A stretch of DNA of 64,000 bases from a virus, in IMG/VR virus record IMGVR_UViG_3300029319_008466, positions 18,991 to 82,990 of that record, one strand, 5' to 3'. This document shows positions 30,301-40,767 of the stretch, one piece after another. The notes beneath the pieces are model-generated. The model was not told where the DNA came from and did not search any database. It saw only the letters and a list, made by a program, of their open reading frames with translations. The position numbers and the translations under genes are program-made. Numbering within the stretch: position 1 is the first letter of the stretch; the number at the start of each line of letters is the position of its first letter.

Positions 30301-33300
30301 CCTGCAAATTCTACTGGATCAATTGAAACACAGTATTTGCACGCAGCCCGACAACAGTTACCAGAAACAGTATTTGGCGACGACAATATACGTGTTCTTT
30401 CTCAAGCTGAAACAGAAGTTTTTACGAAAGAAACAAGACCGTATAAAACATATTACGCTTTTGAAAAAAGTATGTATCAAGTAATTTCTGATGAAATAAT
30501 ACGATATTTTGGATCAATAGTTGACTTTAACAATTTAATTGGTGAGCCAGTTAATCGATATAGACCCGAATATAAAAGCTTAAAATATCTACGTCAGTTT
30601 TTCTTTGAAAGAATTGGCAACACTCCAGATTTAGATAAATTTGTAGAATATTATAAATGGATTGATTCAACACTTGAAGCCATGTTGATGGAGCTTGTGC
30701 CAGCTTCTGCACAGACTAGTGATGGTATTGATAACATTGTTGAGAGTCACGTATTAGAAAGAAACAAGTATCAAAATAAATTTCCAACACTTGAGTTTGT
30801 TAGACCCGACCCAGAGGGCGCAACTATTACAATCAATAAACTTCTTTATAGTTGGAAAACCAATCATCACCCATTAACCGGATCTGATAAAAATAAAGAA
30901 CTTAATCCAAATGTTGGACTACAAGCAACAAACTGTGGCTGGTGGAAAGGTAGAGCAGAGAGAGATGTAACCCCTCTTAATAGCGGAGATACGGGAATTG
31001 ATTCGGATAGAAACAGGGTTTTAAGTGCATCACTTCAGGCTCTTGAAAGAAACTGGTCTACAGTACAGAGATATGTCGTTGAAAAAACAAAAGTTATTCA
31101 TGGTGGGGTTAACTATTCTGACAACAAAAAACAACATTTTTATCGCGGTATTAATTTTCCACACGGTTCTGTGACAAGCATAGGTATACCACAAAACGTG
31201 TTAAAAGCCGATCAAGTCGAGCTTATACCTTTAAAAGATTGTGATGATGTCGGATCTGTTTTTGGTTTTGGTAGCATTGCAGATGCGGCTCGCTCTGGTA
31301 GCGATGGAAGTTACGAAGTTTACCCCAAAAGAAAATATAGCTATGGCACCAGAATTGGTAGAAAAACATTTGATTCTGGTTCTTTTGATGGTATTAAAGC
31401 TGAAATCGCAATGCCCTTTAATATTATGAGTGCGTCAACAGCCATGAAGGGATACAACAAGGGTATTCACGAGGGCTTTCACTCTGGAACTCAGCTCACC
31501 AACCTTCATAATGATGGATATGGTCAACTAAATGAAGTTCCAATGCAAGGACCATTTACTGAAAAATATGTGGGAGGTCATCAAGCTCGACATGTTAGAC
31601 TTAATTATTCTTCTTCAACACGGGTTGCGGGTGATAGAGCAGCAACTGTCAACAACTTGGATGGACAATATACACGACCAGAAGCATATCGTATTTTGCT
31701 CGGCGGCGGAGCCGGGAGTTCGGGTTCGATTGGAATTACCGGACCTGATTATGGTGGTCCATACCCCGACGTTGAAAGATACAGAGCGTGGTTTTTCCGA
31801 GAAGAAACAGCAAAGCGTCCCGTAAATATTAGAAACATTTTACAAACAACCGCATCAGTTGATACGGTTTTATCCGGTGTGCTTCAGCATGGTCCAATTG
31901 GCAACTACGAAAAAACTTATCAAGTTGTACAAACTTCTGGTCGCAGTACAAACAATTTTTGGTTTAATGATAATGGCGCTACACTTCCTACAATGTATAT
32001 TTCCGACAAACCAAAGACAACCAATGTTCATACGCTTGTAGGAGTGCGTATTAACGCAACACAGGTCGAACGCCGAGGTAACACTTTCATACCAGGAACT
32101 TACTACGAAGCGGGGGTTAGCGAATTTATTATGGGTCTTCATAAAAATTCAAACCTTTATGCTCCACAAGACGGCACGATTCCTGCTGCAAGAAGAGCCG
32201 ACAGAACGGTTTATCAACTTCCAAGTAGAACCAAACAAGACGCTGTTATTGTTGAAAGATTTTCCGCTCCTGGTGGTCCAGAAATCAGCTCTCTTGGCTT
32301 CTTAGATATTATGGCAGCCGAGAAGTCGGTATATAATGCGCTGCCCTTTAGAAACCTTACAGTGAGGGGTTCTGGATCTGGCGAACCTTCAATCTCTGGC
32401 ACCATGAGGATAGTTGATCACACCGGACACAGACGAGGTTTACGAACACTGCTTTCTCTCCACTGCGGACCCTTTGGTACAGATGGGACATTTGGTAAAA
32501 TTAATCAATATACATCTGAAGAGCGCCTTGCACAAGGTGATGCGGTTTCTGCCTCATTCCATAAAACTAATAGAAACGCACGACTTGTAATTAAAACCGA
32601 TGTTAATACAAGTTTTGATTCTAAGTTTCAGTATGGCACTGGCTCTGTTTACGACAACTGGTATGTGCAGCACCCCATACCACAAAATGATTTTCAATAT
32701 TCATGGATTAGTGGTTCTTTCTTGTCTGGAAATGCACCGTTTGCTCATGCCCCAAGATCAGGATTCGGCTCTGGATCTTCGGGATTTTTTAGTGCAATAA
32801 CATTTATGTCATCTAGTTTGCCCAACTATGCTGCGGGAGTATATTCGAATGGACAGGCTGCACCACGCTTAACACCTGTGGATTTTGTTGGATTAAATAC
32901 TTTATTCTATGAGGCATCGGACACTGATACAAGAATTTTTGGCGGCACTGAAGGGGCAGGCGGGACAATCACTCTCCAGTTGCAAGCCTCGGCATCGGAA
33001 TATTTAAATACAAGCATTGCCGCCTTGGACCACACTGCCTCAACGAACGGCATATTGAACAATAGAAATGGTCCATTCGGCTTCAATTCTTGGAAACAAG
33101 TTCGAGTTGGCAACAGTGCTATGGCGCGTGCCATGAGAAAAGACAACATAGTCAGCACTATTGATCCCGCAACGTTGTCCGAAAACCAACCAGGGTTACA
33201 TTATTATAATTGGTTGCCAAGTCCTTCAACTAATGCTCAAATTTTTGGACCACCGTTATCCGGTCCATCTAAAACCACTCCTGTTTCTAATGTACTTAAA

Positions 33301-36300
33301 TCAGTTTTACAGTATCATGAGCCAAACTTGTTGCAAAAATATTATCCCTTTTCTATAAACGCAACTTTAGATCCATCTTTTTGGCCAAGCAGTGGATTCA
33401 AAAAAGAAGTTAAAGTAGATGCATATGCAGCTTATGGAAATAAAAAACATCATTTTTCTAATTCTAAATTAAACAATGCGCTTTTAATATCCGATGATGT
33501 GCTAACCCCTGCCGATGAATTGTTTGATGAAGTTACAGACGATCTAAAAGGCACCCTCAATAGTGTTAAATATTCTGAAGCACTTTACCCCAAGGAGCTA
33601 AATGTTTATCGCCCACATATTCGCAAAAGAACAACATTTAAATCATTTTGGAGAAATGTGCGGCAAGATCGAACTGAAAAAGATGAAACTTCGCCACTCG
33701 CCAGTAGTGTAAAGAATTCGCAAGGCATACCAATGGCAACGCAAAGTATCTGGCCATTGGACGGAAGATTAAGTATTGATCCACAAGTTACAACTGATGC
33801 TTTTGTTAATGTTGCCGCCAACGCCTTGACCAGAGGCGGCGGCGAAGGAGAACTTCAAAACTCAGTCAACACAGTTCACAGCCCTTATCACTCCGAAGGG
33901 TTTTCGTGTAGTGATGCTGGTGGCGACAGGGACATTACTGGATCTGCGACTTATAATAGGCGACACTTGAACATAACCGGGTCAAGCGCATGGTCTTATT
34001 CTAGCAATGCTGCCAACGCTATCACTTATAGAGGCGACTTAGTTCCTTTTTCGGGCGATGCTCCATGGGATGCGGCCGCTCAATCAGGCAAATATCCATT
34101 TTATGATTCATATTCAGACTATGTTCACCAAATGAGGTTGATTGGAAAAGATTATTCAATTATTCCAGAATATAGAATGAGCGAAAGAATGGATGATGTT
34201 ATAGAGGAGGGGATAGATCCTTTCAACGATGCATCGTTATTTTCTTTAACTGGTGCAGTCGCAACTGCTCGCTCAAGTGAACAGACAGAATTTTATAAAA
34301 CGTATAGCCATTCAGATTTTATGAAATATTTTGATGTTGTTCAAAATGATCTTTACACTTCAGAATGGTCATATTCAGCGGAAGAAGGAATTCCTGGTCC
34401 CACATCGCTCACAGTTCGTTGTAAAGCATTGCTAAAATTGTTGCCGTATGAGGGTTTTTATCCTGCCCAGAGAACGTTACAATTAGCAAGTCTTTTTTCA
34501 AAATCGTATGGTGAATATGTTGATTTAACTGGATCTACGCCTGCGATTAGCTATAACCCCCGTGAATCCCGCTGGAGGGCTTTCTTGGCACCAATGTTTG
34601 CTCCGGGTATTATGTTTAACACAATTAAATCGGGTATTGCTGTTGATTATCCTGTTATGACTGGCGGCTGTGTTTTGGATTTCGCCCCTTCTGCTGATAG
34701 GAAAAACTATGCACTCGCGGAGCCAGTTTATTTTTCTTTCCGTGTGCCCTTTGAAGCGCTCGTCGAACCAGAAAATTATATCGCCAATCACGAAATTATA
34801 GATCTTGAAGTTCACCCTTCTGCTGCTATTAATGCAACCGCTTCATGGAATGGTGAGGGTGACAGTCGATATAAACTTGCCATGCACAACTTTTTAGCAG
34901 AGACGCCAGATTTTTTCTTGGAAAATCAAACATTTACGTCTTTCTTTTCAAATCCCTCTTCTAAGTGGAAAAGTTTTGATCGCTCTAAAAGTTATAAAAT
35001 GAGGGTAAAAATTCGCAAGTCATATGCATCAAACTGGAGTGGCGACCCTTTGTTGGAGATGCCCGGTGGACCTCCTCAAATTGTTTCGGGCTCTGAAACC
35101 ATAGTTATGTATAGTCGCCCATCTGCTTTTGGTCCTCCCACTATGGGAAGCCCAACCGGCAGCAAACCAGAGCAACATGGCGCAGGCGGCGGATCTTTTG
35201 AGGGATACAACGCTCCGTTTACGCCTCCCTATTATGACGGTTCAGCCTGGGTTGATTTAGAATATAATCCAAGCCTACATGCTGATCCCAACCCCTCTAG
35301 TGTTAATGATTTGCTTACCAAAATTACTGCTTCTTATTTAAGATACGAAAACTGGGCAGGAGATGTCGAAGGCTTGGGAGGGCCCCAATATGGAGAATAT
35401 ATTAACCACAATGCGGTGCAAATATCCTCATCAGTAAATCTTTTTGGCACCACTAATGGTCTCAAAGATTTACTCAAATATAGCGGAGTTGATGCATCAG
35501 GAGAAGAACAGTGGGTTATACAAACAAAGTTTGAAACTCCAATACTTAATTTTATCGGTGCCCGCGACACGGCAACTTCGATTGCATCGCTTTCTTTTGC
35601 TGCGGCGGCCTCATATTGCTCAGGAGGTGCGTACACAAGACCGATTGGAATGTGGCACCAGTATGGTAGATTACCCGAAGGATCCGAGGGAATTTATTTA
35701 GGCATACAAGACTTTCCAAAACCCATACTGAGCCAACATAACTCCAGTGGATCATTAGCAGATGCTGTTGGTTTTAATAAAAAAGATGAAAAACTCGGAA
35801 AAGTCGCGGCATCCAAAACAATTCGAGAAGCTGTTGTTGCTGTTCCGTTTGTTGAAAGAACAAATAACAGGAAATTCTTTGAAATTGATCGACATAAGAT
35901 TGATACAATATTACAAAATCCAACTGCCACGTCATACACACCAGATGATTCAATCAAACATATGGTTGATGCAATGCAAAGATATGTATTTCCACCAAGT
36001 ATGGATTTTATAAATTATCCAAACGAAGTCGGAGCATGTTTTTCAATGTATATTTTTGAATTCGAGCACCAATTGAACCAACAAGATCTTGTTGATATAT
36101 GGCAAAACTTACCACCTCGCATCGGAAGAGCATTTGATCCAGATGCACCATTGGACACGGATGAAATAATGCAGACCAAAGAGGTTACACACGTATTGAA
36201 CAATAAAGAATTATTAGAAGATGTAGACTCTAAGCTTCAGTGGATGGTGTTTAAAGTAAAACAACGTGCCCAAACAAATTATTGGAAAAAAACCGTAGCA

Positions 36301-36648
36301 AACAATCCCGATCTTTCGTTACCTTCGGATGTTGCAAATGCATTTACAGAACTTGAATTGCAAGAATCCGCCTTTTCTACTGGACCCTCTTCACTTGGTT
36401 TGCAAGAACAAATTGCCAAAACAATAAACGAGCCAATAACTAAATACGCCGCAGGCGGCGCTGGACAAGGCGGAATACTCAAAATTGATAAACAAATAGT
36501 GAACTATAATTGGCCATACGATTTCTTTTCTTTAGTTGAGCTTGTAAAGCTTGAACAGGATGTGATATTCGAACAACAAGAAATGGCAGGATCTGGTGGA
36601 TCCCAGGTGCCCACCACTGGTGAAGAACAGCAAGAGGAGGACGCATAA
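27343..36648 (+). CDS. Giant baseplate/tail protein (3101 aa) with a LamG/concanavalin-like domain and a gp7/P2-gpI-like segment
   Basis: TVEFWLK, WNHYAFS, LYVNG and GSMDEFRFW (LamG); IYKAKGTDKAFRNLIRCFG (KGT wedge motif). Confidence 0.7.
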   Translation: MAIKDLFNQRSSNVVVSSSALILGEDVESLGYISAFVEDEQRVEPHVNFTKPENFAKYGSAEQYYDQSIKWIYGEYPYDGSLKEKYEWQNNSTLLDLYIYDNRYPKTTGYANFSSDGWGTLTASMVIGYGAPATTNYEYINFKGGPNSEFGSSLGTSSLKDVFDSKSNIWDSTVTGAAGPITATRESNLKTDLAEGVTVEFWLKTGSLSNALTEKQVVFDLWNGQGSSSADYGRLRIEIDPLLSASSPFRVTVLSGAVGLSTSSLEIGSSLDLNSFSDWNHYAFSFVNNGDNITTKLYVNGDLDETITTGSSIGEVRKDLQANIGALLTGTFNMRATPTGPNLGWGKLSGSMDEFRFWKTKRSSKDIGRYWFTSNLGGGTNTDNANLDLGVYYKFNEGIVDDSGIDSIVLDYSGRVTNGTWTGYPSSNARNTGSAIVSASAGVEDLDPIIYPTHADVSSLSTELLASGTLWDYENNSSLYYSMPAWIIEEDEGNGGSTGNLKKLTQIMGTYLDNLDLLIGELPKLNVASYPSSSVRGKLNKPYPYMQTAVGSLGMHAPELFSNSDLIEYFGNRNETVEFEEEIHDVKNLIYNNIYNNLPDIYKAKGTDKAFRNLIRCFGVGDDLIRLNIYSNNDTYKFETKRRQASYKTKAANFNNVDRFNSTVYQYADSTNPNSVSYISGSSTDSKTYEDSFPITLETEIIFPQKIPATEDNAGSQEFRHITASLFGMHTAIASQSMAGTETDTTWHTTDNANLQVYAIRSGTLTKNVKFMLTSSAPAHIPELTSNFFFNVYENQKWNFAVRLKPHGYPQAFASGALDNNYIVEFYGVSYIGDRKVDEFIVSGTVAKDAAETFLTSPKRIYAGAHRTNFTGAVLQRTDVKITSCRYWFDYLNNEAIQNHAMDPGNFGNPNPSRDAFFLETDLSNVEVPEIESLALSWNFESLTGSNASGQFTVQDVSSGSVAEVGRYNWLGKILKYQHTGRGDLFPANSTGSIETQYLHAARQQLPETVFGDDNIRVLSQAETEVFTKETRPYKTYYAFEKSMYQVISDEIIRYFGSIVDFNNLIGEPVNRYRPEYKSLKYLRQFFFERIGNTPDLDKFVEYYKWIDSTLEAMLMELVPASAQTSDGIDNIVESHVLERNKYQNKFPTLEFVRPDPEGATITINKLLYSWKTNHHPLTGSDKNKELNPNVGLQATNCGWWKGRAERDVTPLNSGDTGIDSDRNRVLSASLQALERNWSTVQRYVVEKTKVIHGGVNYSDNKKQHFYRGINFPHGSVTSIGIPQNVLKADQVELIPLKDCDDVGSVFGFGSIADAARSGSDGSYEVYPKRKYSYGTRIGRKTFDSGSFDGIKAEIAMPFNIMSASTAMKGYNKGIHEGFHSGTQLTNLHNDGYGQLNEVPMQGPFTEKYVGGHQARHVRLNYSSSTRVAGDRAATVNNLDGQYTRPEAYRILLGGGAGSSGSIGITGPDYGGPYPDVERYRAWFFREETAKRPVNIRNILQTTASVDTVLSGVLQHGPIGNYEKTYQVVQTSGRSTNNFWFNDNGATLPTMYISDKPKTTNVHTLVGVRINATQVERRGNTFIPGTYYEAGVSEFIMGLHKNSNLYAPQDGTIPAARRADRTVYQLPSRTKQDAVIVERFSAPGGPEISSLGFLDIMAAEKSVYNALPFRNLTVRGSGSGEPSISGTMRIVDHTGHRRGLRTLLSLHCGPFGTDGTFGKINQYTSEERLAQGDAVSASFHKTNRNARLVIKTDVNTSFDSKFQYGTGSVYDNWYVQHPIPQNDFQYSWISGSFLSGNAPFAHAPRSGFGSGSSGFFSAITFMSSSLPNYAAGVYSNGQAAPRLTPVDFVGLNTLFYEASDTDTRIFGGTEGAGGTITLQLQASASEYLNTSIAALDHTASTNGILNNRNGPFGFNSWKQVRVGNSAMARAMRKDNIVSTIDPATLSENQPGLHYYNWLPSPSTNAQIFGPPLSGPSKTTPVSNVLKSVLQYHEPNLLQKYYPFSINATLDPSFWPSSGFKKEVKVDAYAAYGNKKHHFSNSKLNNALLISDDVLTPADELFDEVTDDLKGTLNSVKYSEALYPKELNVYRPHIRKRTTFKSFWRNVRQDRTEKDETSPLASSVKNSQGIPMATQSIWPLDGRLSIDPQVTTDAFVNVAANALTRGGGEGELQNSVNTVHSPYHSEGFSCSDAGGDRDITGSATYNRRHLNITGSSAWSYSSNAANAITYRGDLVPFSGDAPWDAAAQSGKYPFYDSYSDYVHQMRLIGKDYSIIPEYRMSERMDDVIEEGIDPFNDASLFSLTGAVATARSSEQTEFYKTYSHSDFMKYFDVVQNDLYTSEWSYSAEEGIPGPTSLTVRCKALLKLLPYEGFYPAQRTLQLASLFSKSYGEYVDLTGSTPAISYNPRESRWRAFLAPMFAPGIMFNTIKSGIAVDYPVMTGGCVLDFAPSADRKNYALAEPVYFSFRVPFEALVEPENYIANHEIIDLEVHPSAAINATASWNGEGDSRYKLAMHNFLAETPDFFLENQTFTSFFSNPSSKWKSFDRSKSYKMRVKIRKSYASNWSGDPLLEMPGGPPQIVSGSETIVMYSRPSAFGPPTMGSPTGSKPEQHGAGGGSFEGYNAPFTPPYYDGSAWVDLEYNPSLHADPNPSSVNDLLTKITASYLRYENWAGDVEGLGGPQYGEYINHNAVQISSSVNLFGTTNGLKDLLKYSGVDASGEEQWVIQTKFETPILNFIGARDTATSIASLSFAAAASYCSGGAYTRPIGMWHQYGRLPEGSEGIYLGIQDFPKPILSQHNSSGSLADAVGFNKKDEKLGKVAASKTIREAVVAVPFVERTNNRKFFEIDRHKIDTILQNPTATSYTPDDSIKHMVDAMQRYVFPPSMDFINYPNEVGACFSMYIFEFEHQLNQQDLVDIWQNLPPRIGRAFDPDAPLDTDEIMQTKEVTHVLNNKELLEDVDSKLQWMVFKVKQRAQTNYWKKTVANNPDLSLPSDVANAFTELELQESAFSTGPSSLGLQEQIAKTINEPITKYAAGGAGQGGILKIDKQIVNYNWPYDFFSLVELVKLEQDVIFEQQEMAGSGGSQVPTTGEEQQEEDA

Positions 36649-36734
36649 TGCTTGATGTCCCAATCGAAATAGAAAGAGAGGAATCAGGTGGCGGCATGTC
36701 AATGCAAACTACTTCTGGTGAAGAAGACAGCTAA
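36648..36734 (+). CDS. Small acidic ORF (28 aa, MLDVPIEIEREESGGGMSMQTTSGEEDS), not in the ORF track
   Basis: GAGGAGG SD and TAATG coupling to the upstream gene; resembles the C-terminus of the upstream protein. Confidence 0.4.
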   Translation: MLDVPIEIEREESGGGMSMQTTSGEEDS

Positions 36735-36737
36735 CGC

Positions 36738-36744
36738 CTAATTA
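36738..36744 (+). promoter_or_regulatory. Putative late promoter motif CTAATTA (7 nt before ATG)
   Basis: Recurrent intergenic motif; no SD. Confidence 0.55.
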
Positions 36745-36751
36745 ATAGTAT

Positions 36752-37867
36752 ATGGAGTTTTTTAATAAAAAAGAAGAAGTAATTGATCTAAAACTTACAC
36801 AATATGGTAGATACCTTTTGTCACTGGGTCAGTTTAAGCCCACTTATTACGCATTTTATGATGAAGAGATATTATATGACTCCAATTACGGCGGAATTTC
36901 GGAGGATCAAAATAGTTCAGAACCAAGGATTCAAGAAAACACTCCAAGTTTAAAATTGCAACATCTTTATCACAGCATTGATGATGAAATGTTGAGAGCC
37001 TCACAGGTTCAAGAACTGGGCTATGAAAAAGTTGCTGCAAAAATAATTCAACCAACTCCAGAAAAAACACAAACTTTGCAAAAACCTTTAGGGCACTCAC
37101 GCTTAGGTTCAAATAAAGTTCCCGCTTGGCAGATAACCGCGCTTGGTGGAAAAATTTTAACAGCAAGCACTGAAGCAACTTTAACACTTAGTGGCTCCGA
37201 GACTATTTTGGAAATTCCACAAATTGAGGCAGAAATAAAATATACTGTATCAATTGAACAACATCAGCTTGATTTAATCGAGTCAATAAATGAAGGAATT
37301 TTGTCTGGAGAATTGGACGATGAAAATCATAGCATGATGCGCGATCTTATAGAGCAATCTGGTGGCGAAAATTTTGATGAATTGTCGTATGAGATTAAAG
37401 TATACGAAGATGGAAGTTACTTCGCAATTGATGCAGACCAGTTAATATTGGAAATAGTCGAAGAACATGCCCCAATGGGCAACAAGAATTTCGAAATAGA
37501 AGTTTTTGAAAGAGAAGATAAAAAAACAAACAAAACAGCAAACACAACAACCGTTACAAAATTAAATCAACTTAGTTTTATTTCAAAACCCGAACTTGTT
37601 GTTAATGATATATTGTTAGATGAAGATGAATCATACACTGGTGAAGAACCAGCAATTGATACAAGTTGTGTTGATTATTACTTTGATGTTGAAGTGGATG
37701 GTGAAATTGATCCATTAATAATTTGTAACAAGCTACAGAACGCAGATCTAGATGAGTACAAGTTCGCATTTAAAGATTTTAGATGTGAAGATTTCACACA
37801 ATCAGCTTATAAATTTCTTAGCCCTTATGCGGAAAAAGATGATGAAACAGGGTGTGGGGAGACGTAA
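36752..37867 (+). CDS. Structural protein (baseplate/tail-associated)
   Basis: N-terminal DLKLTQYGRYLL..YAFYDEEILY is paralogous to the 43608 protein. Confidence 0.6.
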   Translation: MEFFNKKEEVIDLKLTQYGRYLLSLGQFKPTYYAFYDEEILYDSNYGGISEDQNSSEPRIQENTPSLKLQHLYHSIDDEMLRASQVQELGYEKVAAKIIQPTPEKTQTLQKPLGHSRLGSNKVPAWQITALGGKILTASTEATLTLSGSETILEIPQIEAEIKYTVSIEQHQLDLIESINEGILSGELDDENHSMMRDLIEQSGGENFDELSYEIKVYEDGSYFAIDADQLILEIVEEHAPMGNKNFEIEVFEREDKKTNKTANTTTVTKLNQLSFISKPELVVNDILLDEDESYTGEEPAIDTSCVDYYFDVEVDGEIDPLIICNKLQNADLDEYKFAFKDFRCEDFTQSAYKFLSPYAEKDDETGCGET

Positions 37868-37872
37868 TCTAA

Positions 37873-40767
37873 ATGGCTGAAAAATGTGAAATATTCGGAG
37901 ATCTTGTTCCCAATGTATACATTGATAAAATATTTTTGCAAGAAGATCGTGTTAATGTGACATTAAAATTGGTGGACCGCCCTCAAGACGGAGGATTGAC
38001 CGCTATTTTGGGACAAGTAGATTTAAACAAATACCTTAAGATACATTGTATATTAGCAACTGGTGCTGGTGCAGGTTCAGACGCAGAAGCCGTCGAAAAC
38101 GGACTAGATAACAAAGACCACATATCTCAAGGGCCCCACACACTTCCTGGGCTTTGGCGTCAGCGAGGGCTAGACACATTTAGTTCTTATGTGATCGACC
38201 AACAAGGCAATATAAATTTGGTAAAAGATTTTGAATTTTTCGCCCCTTACACTTCAAATACCGATTTTGAAAATCTTTCTGTTTTTGCATTTGCCCAACT
38301 TGACACGAAACAACTGGAATCCGATTTAAATACCTCGGCTAAAATTCCTGTGGTTTTGCCAGAAAGTTTGATTAATCTATCTAGCCCCTATATTCATGAA
38401 ATTGTAATTAAAGATTTTAAAATTGTGTCACTAATGAAGGCTTACGAGATACAAGGTACCACTTCAATTTATGTGCCGAAGACCGGATTGGGACAACATG
38501 ATCACACTTATCAAATCGACTCATCTGGAAACGGATATACAGAATATGCAGTCTCCCCCGCAGATCCCCAAATTAGACACAGGCATCGTGTTATAGCGGG
38601 TATTGTACAGGAAGCACAAAGTGCAGGCGTAGGATCTCACATTCATGAGTTAGTAGAGACATTTATTAATGTTTACAATGTTCACGATTTTAGAATCAGA
38701 AATACAATAAATGCACTTATTGCCGAATTCGATGAAATAATTGATCTTGCAACGACTAACTTTCCAGAACAAACAAAAATTTTAAATAGCGCAATTTCAC
38801 AAGATTCATATTTTACACAATTTTATGTAACCAAAGATGCAACAAAAACAGCAAGATTTTTGTTTGCATTTGATAGAGCCCGATACATTTTTGAAAACTC
38901 AGCATATTCTAAATTGATTAAAGCTATGAGTGATAATATGAAACAAAAAATATTGTCAGAATCAAAAATAACACAGTTTAAACTTGTGCGACAACAAGTA
39001 AAAGAAAACATCTCCCACAATCGATTGGGCACACCTCTTAGAGATTATAGATTTTTTGGAAATGGAACGTTTGATAAGATAGTCGTAGATTCATTAAACA
39101 ATTCTAATATAACAGAAATAGACGTATTGTTACCTGATCAAGTGGACACATCGAATTCTGATATTAGATTTTATACTGGCGAGGATATATCTATAAAATC
39201 CGAAACTGATGGAAAATTTCGTTACGCCTTGGACATGGAAATAAATGATGCATTTATATCAATTGTAAAAGAACAGCTACAGCTATTATCAAACGCAGCA
39301 GGCACTTATGCAGAATATACAACAAAGGCTCAGATACCCAATTATTACGATCATATGACAAGAACATTTTTAGTAACTAATTTTTTTGACATACCTGCTT
39401 CTTTCAGCTTTAATAAAGCGACACTGTTCGTTCCAGAGCTAACAAGGTTGACTGAAATTGTTGATGCCTACTTAAATACTTTGGGGCTTTTTGTTAATAT
39501 CTCTTCGAGACAATCAGATTTTCAACTCGCTATATTAAACTTTATACGTTCAGACATAGGCACAATTGATGGTGTATTGTTGTTCAGTGATATGCTTAAT
39601 GATTTAATCGCAGAAGTTAACAAAATTTTAAAAATCTCACACTCAGTGGGAAGCGTTGAGAGCGCATCTGCTGTAGAAAAGACAAATAAAATATTTGCGT
39701 TTGGAGGCAAAACACATACTCCCGCAATGTACCACAGACATGTATTCAAAAACGTTGTAGATGCCAGGTATTATAACGAAAAATGGGTCGATAATATTAG
39801 TAAAGAATTCGTGTCCACAGCAGCAGGTCCATTTGGTGCAATTCCCACACCAAGGTTTGCGGCTTTTGGCAGATTGAATATTTATACGGAGGATGATCTT
39901 ATAGCAGCCACTTCGACGTATTCAAAAACCGCTGAAACTACAGAGGAGCAAGCATATTACGTTTCTCCAAAATACAAGACAACACAATCGTTAAAAAAAC
40001 TGTCTGAGATTATTGCAGAATCGCCAGGCTTTTCTGAAAACCTGTTGATAGACGAGTTAAGTGCAGCAGATTTAAGTGATAAAAAGTTTGATGAAACAAT
40101 ATTATCAAGCGTTATTCCTCCGGTTGATGAGCCACCTAGTTTTGAAGTTTTGACCAATTTTCTTGTTCCAACCGTAAGCACTCCGATCCCCTGGCCAGGT
40201 CCATTCTCACCAAGTTTCAGTATATCTATGAACAAAATTTTATTAAGAGACGCCACGTTTATAGATTATGAAAAAGTTAATTTAGAACGAATGCAAACCA
40301 CTGGTCAATACTTTTTTTGTCGGCAAAGAAAGCGCTCAGACATGGAAGTCTTTGATAGCTATTTTTTATTAACGCCCTCAAGCCCTGTACCATTTGAACA
40401 AATGGAGCCAGAAGATCCGTCAACAATGGGCGAAGAAAAGCCAAGCGAGACTAAAGCAGGTCCGGTTGCTCAAGTAGCTGTACCGGGACTGGGCCCCGAT
40501 ATAACGGTTTTTGAAGATCAACAAAACAGTCAATCATATTACATTGGACCAAGAGAGTCAAAATTTCAAATTGAGCGCGATGTGCAATTGACCATCGAAG
40601 AGGAAGAAAATCCTCAAATTTACATTGGGTCGCGAGGCGGAGGCGTAGATCTCGTCGATGCTGCTGCAACAATTACTACGCTAACAAAAGAACAGAATAA
40701 AACAAAAGAAAAGAAGACAGTAAGAAAAGATGTTGTCGATGTGATCAAAGGTGGGGGGTATAACTAA
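37873..40767 (+). CDS. Large hypothetical structural protein with a His-rich insert
   Basis: 964 aa ORF in the tail module; HDH..HRH..HIH cluster. Confidence 0.55.
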   Translation: MAEKCEIFGDLVPNVYIDKIFLQEDRVNVTLKLVDRPQDGGLTAILGQVDLNKYLKIHCILATGAGAGSDAEAVENGLDNKDHISQGPHTLPGLWRQRGLDTFSSYVIDQQGNINLVKDFEFFAPYTSNTDFENLSVFAFAQLDTKQLESDLNTSAKIPVVLPESLINLSSPYIHEIVIKDFKIVSLMKAYEIQGTTSIYVPKTGLGQHDHTYQIDSSGNGYTEYAVSPADPQIRHRHRVIAGIVQEAQSAGVGSHIHELVETFINVYNVHDFRIRNTINALIAEFDEIIDLATTNFPEQTKILNSAISQDSYFTQFYVTKDATKTARFLFAFDRARYIFENSAYSKLIKAMSDNMKQKILSESKITQFKLVRQQVKENISHNRLGTPLRDYRFFGNGTFDKIVVDSLNNSNITEIDVLLPDQVDTSNSDIRFYTGEDISIKSETDGKFRYALDMEINDAFISIVKEQLQLLSNAAGTYAEYTTKAQIPNYYDHMTRTFLVTNFFDIPASFSFNKATLFVPELTRLTEIVDAYLNTLGLFVNISSRQSDFQLAILNFIRSDIGTIDGVLLFSDMLNDLIAEVNKILKISHSVGSVESASAVEKTNKIFAFGGKTHTPAMYHRHVFKNVVDARYYNEKWVDNISKEFVSTAAGPFGAIPTPRFAAFGRLNIYTEDDLIAATSTYSKTAETTEEQAYYVSPKYKTTQSLKKLSEIIAESPGFSENLLIDELSAADLSDKKFDETILSSVIPPVDEPPSFEVLTNFLVPTVSTPIPWPGPFSPSFSISMNKILLRDATFIDYEKVNLERMQTTGQYFFCRQRKRSDMEVFDSYFLLTPSSPVPFEQMEPEDPSTMGEEKPSETKAGPVAQVAVPGLGPDITVFEDQQNSQSYYIGPRESKFQIERDVQLTIEEEENPQIYIGSRGGGVDLVDAAATITTLTKEQNKTKEKKTVRKDVVDVIKGGGYN

